Shown piece by piece: positions 38,861-48,292 of a stretch of DNA of 64,000 bases; within the stretch, counting starts at the first letter, position 1; every line of letters starts with the position of its first letter. This DNA is from Thermomicrobiales bacterium. Lineage in GTDB: Bacteria; Chloroflexota; Chloroflexia; Thermomicrobiales; UBA6265. The stretch spans positions 1,259,009 to 1,323,008 of the forward strand of contig OZ244595.1 of NCBI GenBank assembly GCA_965218235.1, read 5' to 3'. The position numbers and the translations under genes were made by a program. Below the pieces are notes generated by a model. The model was not told where the DNA came from. It ran no database searches and was given only the letters and a program-made list of their open reading frames with translations.

Positions 38861-39048
38861 TTCGCCGCCCGTGGCGTTCGGGCAAGAACCGCGCTTGACC
38901 GGCCACCAATAGTCCGGCGCAATGACGGGTGATTCGGCTTGGGGTGCCAAGAGACCGGTTCGATCCCTGTTCCGTGTTCTTGGATCCGCGGTAGAAAACC
39001 AGCGTCGTTCAGCCGGCACGCTTCGCTGCCCTTCGGGGCCGGTCCTGC

Positions 39049-39402
39049 TCAGTAGCTGACGCGGAAGTTGCCGATCAGGGTGATGATGTTGCCGTCCGGA
39101 TCGGTGATCGGGCAGATTTCGACTCCGTTGCTCACCGGCTGGATGTCGCCGGCCGTGATCCCACGACTTGATACCTCCTGGACCTGAGCGGCGAGGTCGT
39201 CGACGGCCAGGTTCATCAACCCCTTGCCCGCCCGGTCCGGGTCTAACGTCACCTGAAGCCAGCCATTCGTCGTCAGGCGCCATTCGATCAACGACTCCAT
39301 CGGATCGTTGTCCGGTTCCCGTCCGATCAGCCGGGAGTACCACTCCCGGGCAACCGCGATATCGGCGACTGGAACGACGGCCAGCAGGTGCCCGATCGTC
39401 AT
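39049..39402 (-). CDS. VOC (glyoxalase/bleomycin-resistance) family protein
   Basis: 117 aa, VPVADIAVAREWYSRLIG...ITDPDGNIITL, typical of a single VOC module. GGAG RBS. Confidence 0.8.
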   Translation of the reverse strand: MTIGHLLAVVPVADIAVAREWYSRLIGREPDNDPMESLIEWRLTTNGWLQVTLDPDRAGKGLMNLAVDDLAAQVQEVSSRGITAGDIQPVSNGVEICPITDPDGNIITLIGNFRVSY

Positions 39403-39669
39403 CTTTTACTCCATTCGATGCGTCCGCCCCTGCCAGCGGAACTCGCCAAGCTCGGTCGGACCAACGGGCGAACTGATCCAGCCGGGTCAGTCGGACGGTG
39501 ATGGGAAGTCCAGCAGGATGCGGTCCAGTGCTCGGTGGTACTCCAGTCAAGCCTCGGCACCGCCGCAAGGACAGTTCTGATCACCGGGTCGCATCGACGT
39601 TTCGCTGGCTCAGAACCCGTGGTAGCCTGCCAGACAGGTATCCGGGGAACCCCTGCGACGGGAGAAGAG

Positions 39670-41400
39670 ATGGCGGACGCAACGAACATCGTCGAGCGGC
39701 ACTACCTGGCGGAGAGCGCGGACTGGCGGCTGGATCGCTACTATCGCTACGGCGAGCTGACCGAATTGATCCGGGGCTGGGTCGAGCAGTACCCCGACAT
39801 CGCAACGCTCAGCAGTATCGGCAAGAGCGGCGAGGGGCGCGACATCTGGCTGGTGACGATCACCAACCGGGTGACCGGTCCGGACACCGAGAAACCCGCC
39901 TACTATGTGGACGCCAACATCCACGCCGGCGAGGTGACCGGCTCCTCGGTCGCCCTCGGCAACATCCACTTCCTGCTCAGCCGCTACGGCAGCGATGACC
40001 GTGTCACCCGGCTGATCGACGAGACGGTGGTGTATGTCATCCCCCGGATCATGGTCGACGCCAGCGAGGTCTACCTGACGACCGCCGAGCGGATGCGATC
40101 CTCGATCCGGAACTACCCGGAGGAGGAGACCCACGACGGCATCCAGATCGCCGACATCGACGGCGATGGCGTGATCGGTTACATGCGGGTTCCGGACGCG
40201 GACGGGCCGTGGAAGGTCTCCACGAAGGACGACCGCATCATGGTCCGGCGCGGCGCCGACGAGTTCGGCGGGGACTATTACTTCGTCCACCCCGAGGGTC
40301 TCATCGAGAACTTCGATGGTGGCACCGTGACGGTTGCGCCCGCGAAATGGGGGCTGGATCTCAACCGGAACATGCCGCGTGACTGGAAGCCCGAGTGGAC
40401 CCAGAAGGGCGCCGGGCCGTACCCGCTCAGCGAGCCGGAGACGCGGGCCGTCGCCGACTTCATCCTGGCCCACCCGAACATCCACGGCTCACAGCACTAC
40501 CACACGCAGTCCCGTGTGATCCTGCGGGCCTCGGCGCTGCGGCCGGACGACGAGCTGCCGGAGCACGACCTGCGGACCTACAAGGCGATCGGCGCGATGG
40601 GCGAGCAGGAGACCGGCTACCGCTGCGTCTCGATCTTCCACGACTTCGCCTATGACAGGAAGAAGCCGATCTACGGCTCGTTCCAGGACTGGATGTTCGA
40701 CTACGTCGGCGTCTTCTCGTTCGCGACCGAGCTCTGGAGCCTGCCGATGGAGGCTGGCTGCGAGGTGACGGACTTCATCAAGTGGCCCCAGGAGCGGACC
40801 GAGGACGACGACCTGAAGATGCTCCACCTGCTCGATCAGCAGGCCGGTGGACGCGGCTTCACCCCGTGGCGGGCGTTCGACCACCCGCAGCTGGGGCCGG
40901 TTGAGATCGGCGGGTGGGACTTCAAGTTCGGCATTCAGAACCCGCCGGGCCCGTTCCTCGAAGGGGAGATCAACCGGAACGTGCCGTTCACGATCCGGGC
41001 GATGGGGACCGCGCCGAAGCTCCGGGTGATCGGCTCCGGCGCCGAGGTGGTTGGCGAGGGCGTCTACCGGGTCTGGGCGACGATCGGTAACGGCGGCTTC
41101 CTGCCGACGTACGGCAGCGACACCGCCAAAGCGACCGGGCAGCCGAAGCCGATCCGGGTCAGTCTCGACCTGCCCGACGGCGCGACACTGGCCTCGGCCT
41201 CCGGCAAGGCCGAGCAGGAGATCGGCCATCTGGCCGGGCGCTCCAGTCAGCACACGGCCCTCGCCCAGCGGAGCGAGTACCCGAACCTGAGCCGCAAGCT
41301 CGTCGAATGGGTCGTCGCGGCTACGGCTGGGACGGACCTTAGGATTACCGCCGGGACGCCACGAGCGGGGACAGTCCGTACGACCGTGACGCTCGGGTAG
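39670..41400 (+). CDS. M14-family zinc carboxypeptidase-like protein
   Basis: YVDANIHAGEVTG (HxxE zinc site), GLDLNRN and HYHTQS motifs. ATG 39670 after GGGAGAAGAG. Confidence 0.85.
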   Translation: MADATNIVERHYLAESADWRLDRYYRYGELTELIRGWVEQYPDIATLSSIGKSGEGRDIWLVTITNRVTGPDTEKPAYYVDANIHAGEVTGSSVALGNIHFLLSRYGSDDRVTRLIDETVVYVIPRIMVDASEVYLTTAERMRSSIRNYPEEETHDGIQIADIDGDGVIGYMRVPDADGPWKVSTKDDRIMVRRGADEFGGDYYFVHPEGLIENFDGGTVTVAPAKWGLDLNRNMPRDWKPEWTQKGAGPYPLSEPETRAVADFILAHPNIHGSQHYHTQSRVILRASALRPDDELPEHDLRTYKAIGAMGEQETGYRCVSIFHDFAYDRKKPIYGSFQDWMFDYVGVFSFATELWSLPMEAGCEVTDFIKWPQERTEDDDLKMLHLLDQQAGGRGFTPWRAFDHPQLGPVEIGGWDFKFGIQNPPGPFLEGEINRNVPFTIRAMGTAPKLRVIGSGAEVVGEGVYRVWATIGNGGFLPTYGSDTAKATGQPKPIRVSLDLPDGATLASASGKAEQEIGHLAGRSSQHTALAQRSEYPNLSRKLVEWVVAATAGTDLRITAGTPRAGTVRTTVTLG

Positions 41401-41571
41401 CCAGGCGCCTCGCCCTATCGGGTCTGTTCGGTCGTTCGGCGATCGGCAGTCGGCTGGAATGAAGGCGGTAAGCTGCGACCCGACAGGAAACCCGGAACGC
41501 GGCTTCGTCGTCAGGGGGAGATACGCCATGGGCTCCAGGGCAGCCGGGCTGGCGCCGCGACGCGGTCATCG

Positions 41572-42234
41572 ATGACCTGGCGGTATCGGGACCGTCGCGA
41601 CGCCGGCCGCGTGCTTGCCACACTGCTCGGTTCCTACGCCGATCGGGCGGAGGTCACCGTGCTGGGCCTGCCGCGGGGCGGTGTTCCGGTCGCCTTCGGG
41701 GTGGCGCTGGCGCTCGGCGCCCCGCTCGACATCCTGCTGGTGCGGAAGCTAGGCGTCCCGGGCTTCGCCGAGCTGGCGATGGGCGCGATCGCCTCCGGCG
41801 GCGCCTGCTTCCTTAACGCTGATGTCATCCGGGCCAACCATGTCCCGCCGGCCGTGGTTGAGGCGGTCACCGCCAAGGAGTGGCGGGAGCTCGAGCGGCG
41901 CGAGCAGCGTTACCGCGGTTCCGGGCCGGAGCCGGACCTCACGGGCCGGACCGTCATCCTCGTCGACGACGGGCTCGCGACCGGGGCCACGATGCGAACG
42001 GCGATCGAGGCGGTCCGGGTCCGCACGGCCGGCCGCATCGTCGTTGCGGTGCCGGTCGGTGCTCGCGAGACCTGCGCCGCTATCGGGCGCATCGCCGATG
42101 ACGTGATCTGCGCGTTGAGTCCGGAGCCGTTCGACGCCGTCGGACTCTGGTATGAGGACTTCCGCGCGACCTCGGACGACGATGTGGTTGCCCTGCTGCA
42201 AGAGGCACGACATGACGACCGACCGGCCGAATGA
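41572..42234 (+). CDS. Phosphoribosyltransferase-family protein
   Basis: VLGLPRGGVPVA and the PRPP loop VILVDDGLATGATM. Confidence 0.8.
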   Translation: MTWRYRDRRDAGRVLATLLGSYADRAEVTVLGLPRGGVPVAFGVALALGAPLDILLVRKLGVPGFAELAMGAIASGGACFLNADVIRANHVPPAVVEAVTAKEWRELERREQRYRGSGPEPDLTGRTVILVDDGLATGATMRTAIEAVRVRTAGRIVVAVPVGARETCAAIGRIADDVICALSPEPFDAVGLWYEDFRATSDDDVVALLQEARHDDRPAE

Positions 42235-42359
42235 ACCCGGTTTCTCCGACCACCGATGGCAGGCTCGATCCAGACGATCGGTGAACGCGGTTGCGCCCGG
42301 CGAAGCAGAGCGAGAGCCATGGCCCGGTGGCGATGGCAATTGGCGACGCGATGGTAGCC

Positions 42360-43298
42360 CTACGCGTTGGACCTCGCAGCGCCCGGCGGCGTCGGCGGCG
42401 GGCTGTCCTCTTCGCCCGGCTCCGCGATGCCGGTGAAGGTCCGGTACTGGGCTTCGAGGTAGCGGCGGAGTCGGGGGATGATCGTCAGCGCGGCCAGCGA
42501 CTCGCGGATGCGGCGCTCCTGGTCGGTGTCGGGCTGCTCGGACAACGACGGATAGATTTCCTGGGTCAGCGTCGAGCGAACGGTCGCGATGCAGGCCTCG
42601 ACCGCCCGGGCCGTCGTCTGGTCGAGGTGGATGCGGTGCTGGTTGAAGTACTCGCCCAGCGCGAAGGCCGTCTCGCCGACCTCGCGCCAGTTGTCCCAGC
42701 GGAGCAACTCCGGCGCCAGGTCGGTCGGCACCCGGAACGATTCGCCTGGCAGCAGGATCGGGTTGGTCAGCGAGACGATCGAGAACTCGACCCGGGCCAG
42801 CCGGTCGTAGAGCTCGCCGAGGATGTCGGCCCGGCGGACGAACAATTGCGACGAGTCGTCCCCGGTGACGGCCGCGAGCTGGGGCGTCGCGCCGGCTTGG
42901 AGCGTCGCCAGCTCCTGCTCCCGGAGTGAATCGACCCGGGCGTCGAGTTGCTCACCTGATCGGCGGATCTGCTCGAGGACGAGGTCACGCTCCCGTTGGC
43001 TGGCCCGCTCGTTGGCGCGGATCTCCGACAACATCGCTTCCAGCTCCGTTCGACGATCCTGGAGATCGACGAGCTGGATCCGATAGTCATCGTACACGCC
43101 GCGGAGGGCGTCGGCTCGCTCGCGCGCTTCCGCCTCGGAGGCGCTGATCCGCTGCCGGTAGGCGCCAGAGAACAACTGCTGGCCGGCCTCACGGAAGACG
43201 AAGACGATCCCGCCGAGCAGACCGATCAGGACCAGGGCGAGTACGACGGCAAGGGCTTCCACGGGCGACTCTCTGCGACGCACCGGAGAGCGCGCCAT
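42360..43298 (-). CDS. Membrane-anchored coiled-coil hypothetical protein
   Basis: The start at MARSPVRRRES is followed by one TM segment (ALAVVLALVLIGLLGGIVFVF), a long Glu/Arg/Leu heptad-like region and a C-terminal domain of unknown family. The upstream 88 codons of the ORF look non-coding. Confidence 0.55.
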   Translation of the reverse strand: MARSPVRRRESPVEALAVVLALVLIGLLGGIVFVFREAGQQLFSGAYRQRISASEAEARERADALRGVYDDYRIQLVDLQDRRTELEAMLSEIRANERASQRERDLVLEQIRRSGEQLDARVDSLREQELATLQAGATPQLAAVTGDDSSQLFVRRADILGELYDRLARVEFSIVSLTNPILLPGESFRVPTDLAPELLRWDNWREVGETAFALGEYFNQHRIHLDQTTARAVEACIATVRSTLTQEIYPSLSEQPDTDQERRIRESLAALTIIPRLRRYLEAQYRTFTGIAEPGEEDSPPPTPPGAARSNA

Positions 43299-43464
43299 GA
43301 CGTCCGGAACCGCCCGCCACGGTCGGCAGGGCAGCCGCCATTGTAGGCAGTTTGGGCTGATGGTGCAGCGGTCCCCCGTTGGTGAGCCCAACCAGTGGGA
43401 CGCCAGGGTCTCGCCATGGGACGCGTGCCGGCGGCTGCCTTGCCCACACCCACTCGTCCAGCCC

Positions 43465-43555
43465 AGGCTGGCGCCTCGTCTTGTCGCGACATGGCAGCGG
43501 CGATTCAGGGGACGGCAATGGCGCCGCCAGCGGACGGTTCCGCTCGATAGCTCCA
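43465..43555 (-). repeat. Partial copy (W) of the intergenic element family, lacking the central hairpin
   Basis: Shares GCAGCGGC, GGCGATTCAG (43499-43508), GCCGCC and GGTTCCG (43536-43542) in the same order as copy Y plus strand. Confidence 0.3.
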
Positions 43556-43669
43556 GCCTCATCTTTCGGTGACGGAGATGCGCCGCCCGTGCCCGAACTT
43601 CCCACTTGCGTTCTTTTCAAAAGTGGATACACTTGGGATCATTGTCGGTAGTTTCCGCAGGAGGGAGAC

Positions 43670-44077
43670 GTGATGGAAGAACGCTACGAGCGAGGGTTGG
43701 CCGTCTATGCGAGTCAGTTCCGGATCGCACCGGAGGCGGTCGCTCCATGGTTCACCGAGCGCGTCGGCGAGCGCTTCGGCACGGAAACCATCCTCGCGGC
43801 GGCTGACGCGTGGGTCGATGACGAGTTGAGTCTGCGAGACCGCAGCCTCGTCGTCGTCGCGACGCTGGTCGTCCTGGGCGGTGCCGAGCAGCAGCTGCGA
43901 ATGCACACCCGCTGGGCGATCGACCATGGCTGTACCGAGGGTCAACTCGAGGCGTTGGCGACGCTGCTCGGCGTCTTCGCCGGTTACCCGCGCGCAGGCA
44001 ACGGGCTGACGATTATGCGCGAGGAACTCGCCGGGCTTGAGGCGGCGCAAGGATCATCCAGCTCGCTGGACGAATGA
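43670..44077 (+). CDS. Carboxymuconolactone decarboxylase (CMD/AhpD-like) family protein
   Basis: LSLRDRSLVVVATLVVLG...LRMHTRWAIDHGCTEGQLEALATLLGVFAGYPRA. GGAGGGAG RBS. Confidence 0.8.
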   Translation: MMEERYERGLAVYASQFRIAPEAVAPWFTERVGERFGTETILAAADAWVDDELSLRDRSLVVVATLVVLGGAEQQLRMHTRWAIDHGCTEGQLEALATLLGVFAGYPRAGNGLTIMREELAGLEAAQGSSSSLDE

Positions 44078-44137
44078 CGCGGTGACCAAATGCCAGCGTC
44101 GGTTGACGCCGGCGCAATGGACAACGAAGGAGATCGA

Positions 44138-45050
44138 TATGAGTGATGGCAACGTCTCAACCCCTGGAGTGGACACGACTGCTCCAGCCCCAATCGTGCA
44201 CGGCCGTCCCGTCGAAGTTGCCAGTGGCGTCTTCGTCGTCCCGGATGGTCGGGTGCCGCTCGTCCCGAATATCGGAGTCATCGTTGGCGAGCGGGCCGCG
44301 CTCGTCGTCGACAGCGGTCTGGGACCACGGAACGGCGCGATCGCCTATCAGATCGCGCGCGAGCTCGCGGGCGACCGGCCCATCCTCCTGACGCTCACCC
44401 ACTTCCACCCCGAGCACGGCTCCGGTGCCCAGGCGTTCGCAGATGCGACGATCCTCTACAACCGGTCTCAGCACGAGGAGTTCCACCAGAAGGCCGAGGG
44501 CTACCTCACACAGTTCCGTGAGTTCGGCGGTGCGATCGCCCGGGAGCTCGAAGGCGTCGAGTTCGTCGATCCCCGGATCGTCTACGAGGGAAACGCCGAC
44601 CTCGATCTCGGAGGTCGCCGGGTGCACCTGCGGACGTGGGGGGCAGCTCACTCGCGTGGGGATCAGGTGATCTTCCTGCCCGACGAGCGGATCCTGTTCA
44701 CGGGAGATCTCGTCGAGAACCGCTTCTATCCAATCTTCCCGTATGTTCCACCGTACGATGTGGATGTCGACGGAGACAACTGGATCAGGGTGATAGAGGC
44801 GCTCCATGATCTCGATCCGGCGATCGTCGTTCCCGGTCACGGCGAGCTCGGCGGTGCTGATCTGCTCGCGACCACGGACGAGGCCCTGAAGCTGTTGCGG
44901 TCCGAGACGAAGCGGCTGGCCGGTGAGGGCCGCAGCGAGGATGAGACGATCGCCATTCTGGGTCCGGAACTTCAGGCCCGGTACCCCGACTGGGACACGT
45001 CCGAGCCATGGCGGATCGCGACTGCCGTCCAGACGTTCCGAGCCCAATGA
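44138..45050 (+). CDS. MBL-fold metallo-hydrolase
   Basis: LTLTHFHPEHGSGA and TWGAAHSRGD metal-binding motifs. GAAGGAG RBS before ATG 44138. Confidence 0.85.
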
Positions 45051-45820
45051 GCGCGCCTGAACGAACCGTCGCCGCGACCGTGCTAGCGTCGGATGGAGCG
45101 CCGGTGACGGTTCGAGAGGGCCAGAGCGTCTCCCTGATCCACGATAGCCTGCGAACGGCCATCCTGCGCGGCGAACTCGAGCCGGGCGTTAGCGTCTCCC
45201 AAACGCGTCTGGCACATGACTACGCCGTCGGGCGGACGCCACTGCGGGAGGCGCTCCGGATGCTTCAACGCGAGGGGCTCGTGATCTCCGCACCCAACCA
45301 GCGGGTGCGGATCGCGGGGCTGACGGCCGACGACTTCGCGGAGATCCTGATCGCGCGCCTGGCGCTGGAGACGGTCGCGATCCGGATCACGGTGCCGGCC
45401 CTTGGCTCAGCCGACATCGCGACGCTCGAGGGCGACATGGCGCAAATGGAGCACTTTCAGCGGATCGGCGACGAAGCTGGGCTTCGGGGCCCTCACCGCT
45501 CGTTCCACCGCACCCTGATCGCCGCCGCGGGGAAGCGCGTAAGCGCCAGCATCGCTGAACTAACCGACTACGCCGAGCGCTATCGTCGCCGGTTCGGAAC
45601 GTCGGGGAACTGGGACGACCGCCGAACGGAGCACCGGGCCATCCTCGATGCCGCCGCGTCCGGCGACGCAGGGCTGGCCGCCCGCCGTCTCGCAGAGCAT
45701 TACGTGCGAACGGCTCCGATCGTCTTCAACGCCTTGGATCACGACTATGATCTGACTCGCCTGCGAATCGCGGTCGGCGCTGTCGCGCCTCAGGCGGAAA
45801 CGGATCTCGTCGATCGCTGA
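45047..45820 (+). CDS. GntR-family (FadR/FCD subfamily) transcriptional regulator
   Basis: LAHDYAVGRTPLREALRMLQREGLV HTH region plus an all-helical FCD domain. ATGA overlap with the MBL gene. Confidence 0.85.
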   Translation: MSAPERTVAATVLASDGAPVTVREGQSVSLIHDSLRTAILRGELEPGVSVSQTRLAHDYAVGRTPLREALRMLQREGLVISAPNQRVRIAGLTADDFAEILIARLALETVAIRITVPALGSADIATLEGDMAQMEHFQRIGDEAGLRGPHRSFHRTLIAAAGKRVSASIAELTDYAERYRRRFGTSGNWDDRRTEHRAILDAAASGDAGLAARRLAEHYVRTAPIVFNALDHDYDLTRLRIAVGAVAPQAETDLVDR

Positions 45821-45875
45821 CCGATGCAGAACGTAGAACGCAAGAGGCCGTAGGGCCGTCGTGCGTCTGCAAGGG

Positions 45876-46199
45876 CTACGGCTCGAGCAGGGCGACCTGC
45901 ACCGTGTCATCAACGACGCGGACCTGGTAGACCTCGATCGGGGTGACGACCGGCATCGCCGCTGGCGCGCCGGTCCGGATATCGAAGCAGCCGCCGTGGA
46001 GCGGGCACTCAAGGATGTCGCCCTCGATCGTGCCGTCCGAGAGCGACGCGTCGGCGTGGGTGCAGGTGTCGTTGATGGCGTGGTACTCCCCGTTGAGATT
46101 GATCAGGCAGACCGCGGTGTTGCGGACATCGACGTAAGTCATCTCGCCGGGGGCGAGGTCTCCGGTCTTGGCAACGGTGACGAAGTCGACATCGGTCAT
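45876..46199 (-). CDS. Rieske [2Fe-2S] ferredoxin-like protein
   Basis: CTHADASL ... CPLHGGCF (CxH...CxxH). Confidence 0.8.
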   Translation of the reverse strand: MTDVDFVTVAKTGDLAPGEMTYVDVRNTAVCLINLNGEYHAINDTCTHADASLSDGTIEGDILECPLHGGCFDIRTGAPAAMPVVTPIEVYQVRVVDDTVQVALLEP

Positions 46200-46275
46200 G
46201 GGTGGGGTATCCTCCGGCCGGTCATGGTGGTGTCGATTGGCTCGCTGTCCCGATGTGACCGAATTGACCAATGGA

Positions 46276-46668
46276 TCAAAGCTTGTCGTCGTCAATGCTG
46301 ATCGCGCCGGTCAGACCCAGCTTGAGTGCTTTCAGGCCGAGCGTGGCGCACTTCATCCGGGCCGGGCTGACGGGGATACCGAGCTCATCGAGGAGGTCCT
46401 CGCGCCGGAGAGCAATGGCGTCCGCGACGGTGATCCCCTCGACCATGTCGGTCAGGATCGAGGCCGAAGCCTGGCTGACCGCGCAGCCGCGGCCATCGAA
46501 GGCGATCTCCGTAATGACGCCGTCGGTGATCCGGACATCGACCCGAATCTCGTCGCCGCAGAGCGGGTTCGTCTCCTCGTGGGAGACGTCGGCCGGGTCG
46601 AGCCGGCCGTGGTGGTGTGGGTTGCGGTAGTGGTCGAGGATGATCTCGCGGTACATGCTGTCGGTCAT
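46276..46668 (-). CDS. sufU: SUF Fe-S cluster assembly scaffold/sulfur acceptor SufU (NifU/IscU-like)
   Basis: ILDHYRNPHHHG, NPLCGDE, GRGCAVSQASAS and MKCATLG motifs. Confidence 0.9.
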   Translation of the reverse strand: MTDSMYREIILDHYRNPHHHGRLDPADVSHEETNPLCGDEIRVDVRITDGVITEIAFDGRGCAVSQASASILTDMVEGITVADAIALRREDLLDELGIPVSPARMKCATLGLKALKLGLTGAISIDDDKL

Positions 46669-46954
46669 GGGAACTCCGGGCTGGTTGGGAGAGGCGCCGG
46701 TCGGGCGCCACGGGTGCTCACTCCCTTAAGCGTACCGCGTTCCACCGAATCGTCGTCGTCAGGGCGGTTCCGGCCCTGACGGAACCGGCTGAAGGACATT
46801 GGATCCATTGTTGACGGCCAATGGTGACGAACCCGATCAGCGGAGTCGATTTCGTCTCGGCGTTCGCATCTCGTGTCGTTCAACCGGTCCGTGTCCGGCC
46901 GGTCCAATGCTGGGCAAATTCCGAAACACGCGCTGATTCCGCTGGCGTCACCAC

Positions 46955-48292
46955 TCAGACGCCGAAGATCGTATTGACCCGGTGCAGGCCGGTGATCAGG
47001 GCGTCGATCTCGGGCCGGATCGTGTAGGGGCCGAATGAGGCCCGGGTCGTGGCGACGAGCCCCAGCTCGCGGAGCAATGGCTGGCAGCAGTGGTGGCCGG
47101 CCCGGACGGCGACGCCGCCCTCGTCGAGGATGGCGGCGACGTCGTGCGGGTGGACGCCGTCGACGGTGAAGCTGACGACGCCGGCCTGCCTGGCCGGGTC
47201 ACTCGGGCCAAGGACCGTCACGCCGGGCACCTCGATGAGACGACCAAGGACGTACTCTAGCAACTGGTGCTCGTGCGCCGCGACATGCTCGACGCCGGCA
47301 TCGCGGAGGTAGTCGATCGCGACGCCGAGTCCAATCGCCTCGGCGATGGCCGGAGTGCCGGCCTCGAACCGGGCGGGGACATCGGCCCAGGTCGAGTGGG
47401 TCAGCTCGACTTTCCGGATCATGCTGCCGCCGCCCATGAACGGGGGCAGCGCGTCGAGGATTTCGCGGCGACCCCAGAGCACGCCGATTCCGGTCGGCCC
47501 AAGGACCTTGTGGCCGGAGAAGGCGAAGAAGTCGCAACCCAGCCCGGCGACATCGACCGGGATGTGTGGGACGCTCTGGGCGCCGTCGATCAGGACCGTC
47601 GCGCCGGCGGCCTTGGCCCGGCGGGTGATCTCGGCGGCCGGGTGAATCGTGCCGAGGGCGTTGCTGACGTGGCTGAAGGCGACCAGTTTCGGTTCGCGGA
47701 CCAGCAGGGCGTCGAGGCTGTCGAGGTCGAGCGTCCCGTCCGGGAGCAGGCCGACGAAGCCAAGCTCGGCGCCGGTCTCCTCGGCGATGAGCTGCCACGG
47801 GACGAGGTTGCTGTGATGCTCCATGACCGTCAGGACGATCAGGTCCCCGGGCCGGAGGTTGCGGCGGCCCCAGCCGTTGGCGACGAGGTTGATGCCCTCG
47901 GTGGTGTTGCGGGTGAAGATCACTTCGTGGTGGTCCGGCGCCCCGATGAAGTCGGCGACCGTCGCCCGGGCCGCCTCGAACTGGGCGGTGGCGTGCTCGG
48001 AGAGTTGATAGACGCCGCGGTGAATGTTCGCGTGCGTCGTCCGGTAATAGGTGGACAGGGCGTCGATCACGACCCGCGGCTTCTGCGACGAAGCAGCAGT
48101 GTCGAGGAAGGCGAGGGCCGGTCGGCCCGGCAACGGCACCTGGTTGAGGATGGGGAAGTCGGGCCGGAGGCGCGTGCCCAGATCGCCGGTTGCGCGCTCG
48201 GGTGGTCGCGTCGCGTCGCCTCGGTTAACAGTGGCTGTGGACCGATCGGAGACCGACGCCAGCGTCGGGAACGCATCTCGGCAACTGGTCAT
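46955..48292 (-). CDS. sufS: Cysteine desulfurase SufS (group II)
   Basis: FLDTAASSQKP, the PLP lysine context FSGHKVLGPTGIG and the catalytic Cys loop RAGHHCCQPL. Confidence 0.9.
   Translation of the reverse strand: MTSCRDAFPTLASVSDRSTATVNRGDATRPPERATGDLGTRLRPDFPILNQVPLPGRPALAFLDTAASSQKPRVVIDALSTYYRTTHANIHRGVYQLSEHATAQFEAARATVADFIGAPDHHEVIFTRNTTEGINLVANGWGRRNLRPGDLIVLTVMEHHSNLVPWQLIAEETGAELGFVGLLPDGTLDLDSLDALLVREPKLVAFSHVSNALGTIHPAAEITRRAKAAGATVLIDGAQSVPHIPVDVAGLGCDFFAFSGHKVLGPTGIGVLWGRREILDALPPFMGGGSMIRKVELTHSTWADVPARFEAGTPAIAEAIGLGVAIDYLRDAGVEHVAAHEHQLLEYVLGRLIEVPGVTVLGPSDPARQAGVVSFTVDGVHPHDVAAILDEGGVAVRAGHHCCQPLLRELGLVATTRASFGPYTIRPEIDALITGLHRVNTIFGV

Noticed and set aside
38957-38967. 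tRNA-like T-loop GGTTCGATCCC in the PPOX-VOC intergenic region, possibly a tRNA or an att-site remnant.
   Set aside because: The T-stem has a mismatch. No acceptor stem, D-arm or anticodon arm can be drawn in the 48 nt upstream, and no integrase gene is nearby.
45847-45882. GCCGTAG...CTACGGC stem between the GntR and Rieske genes, as a further full copy of the repeat family.
   Set aside because: Only a 7-bp arm-like stem with a 22-nt loop is present, and its right half overlaps the Rieske stop codon. None of the internal family blocks is present. At most it is a solitary REP-like hairpin or a bidirectional terminator.
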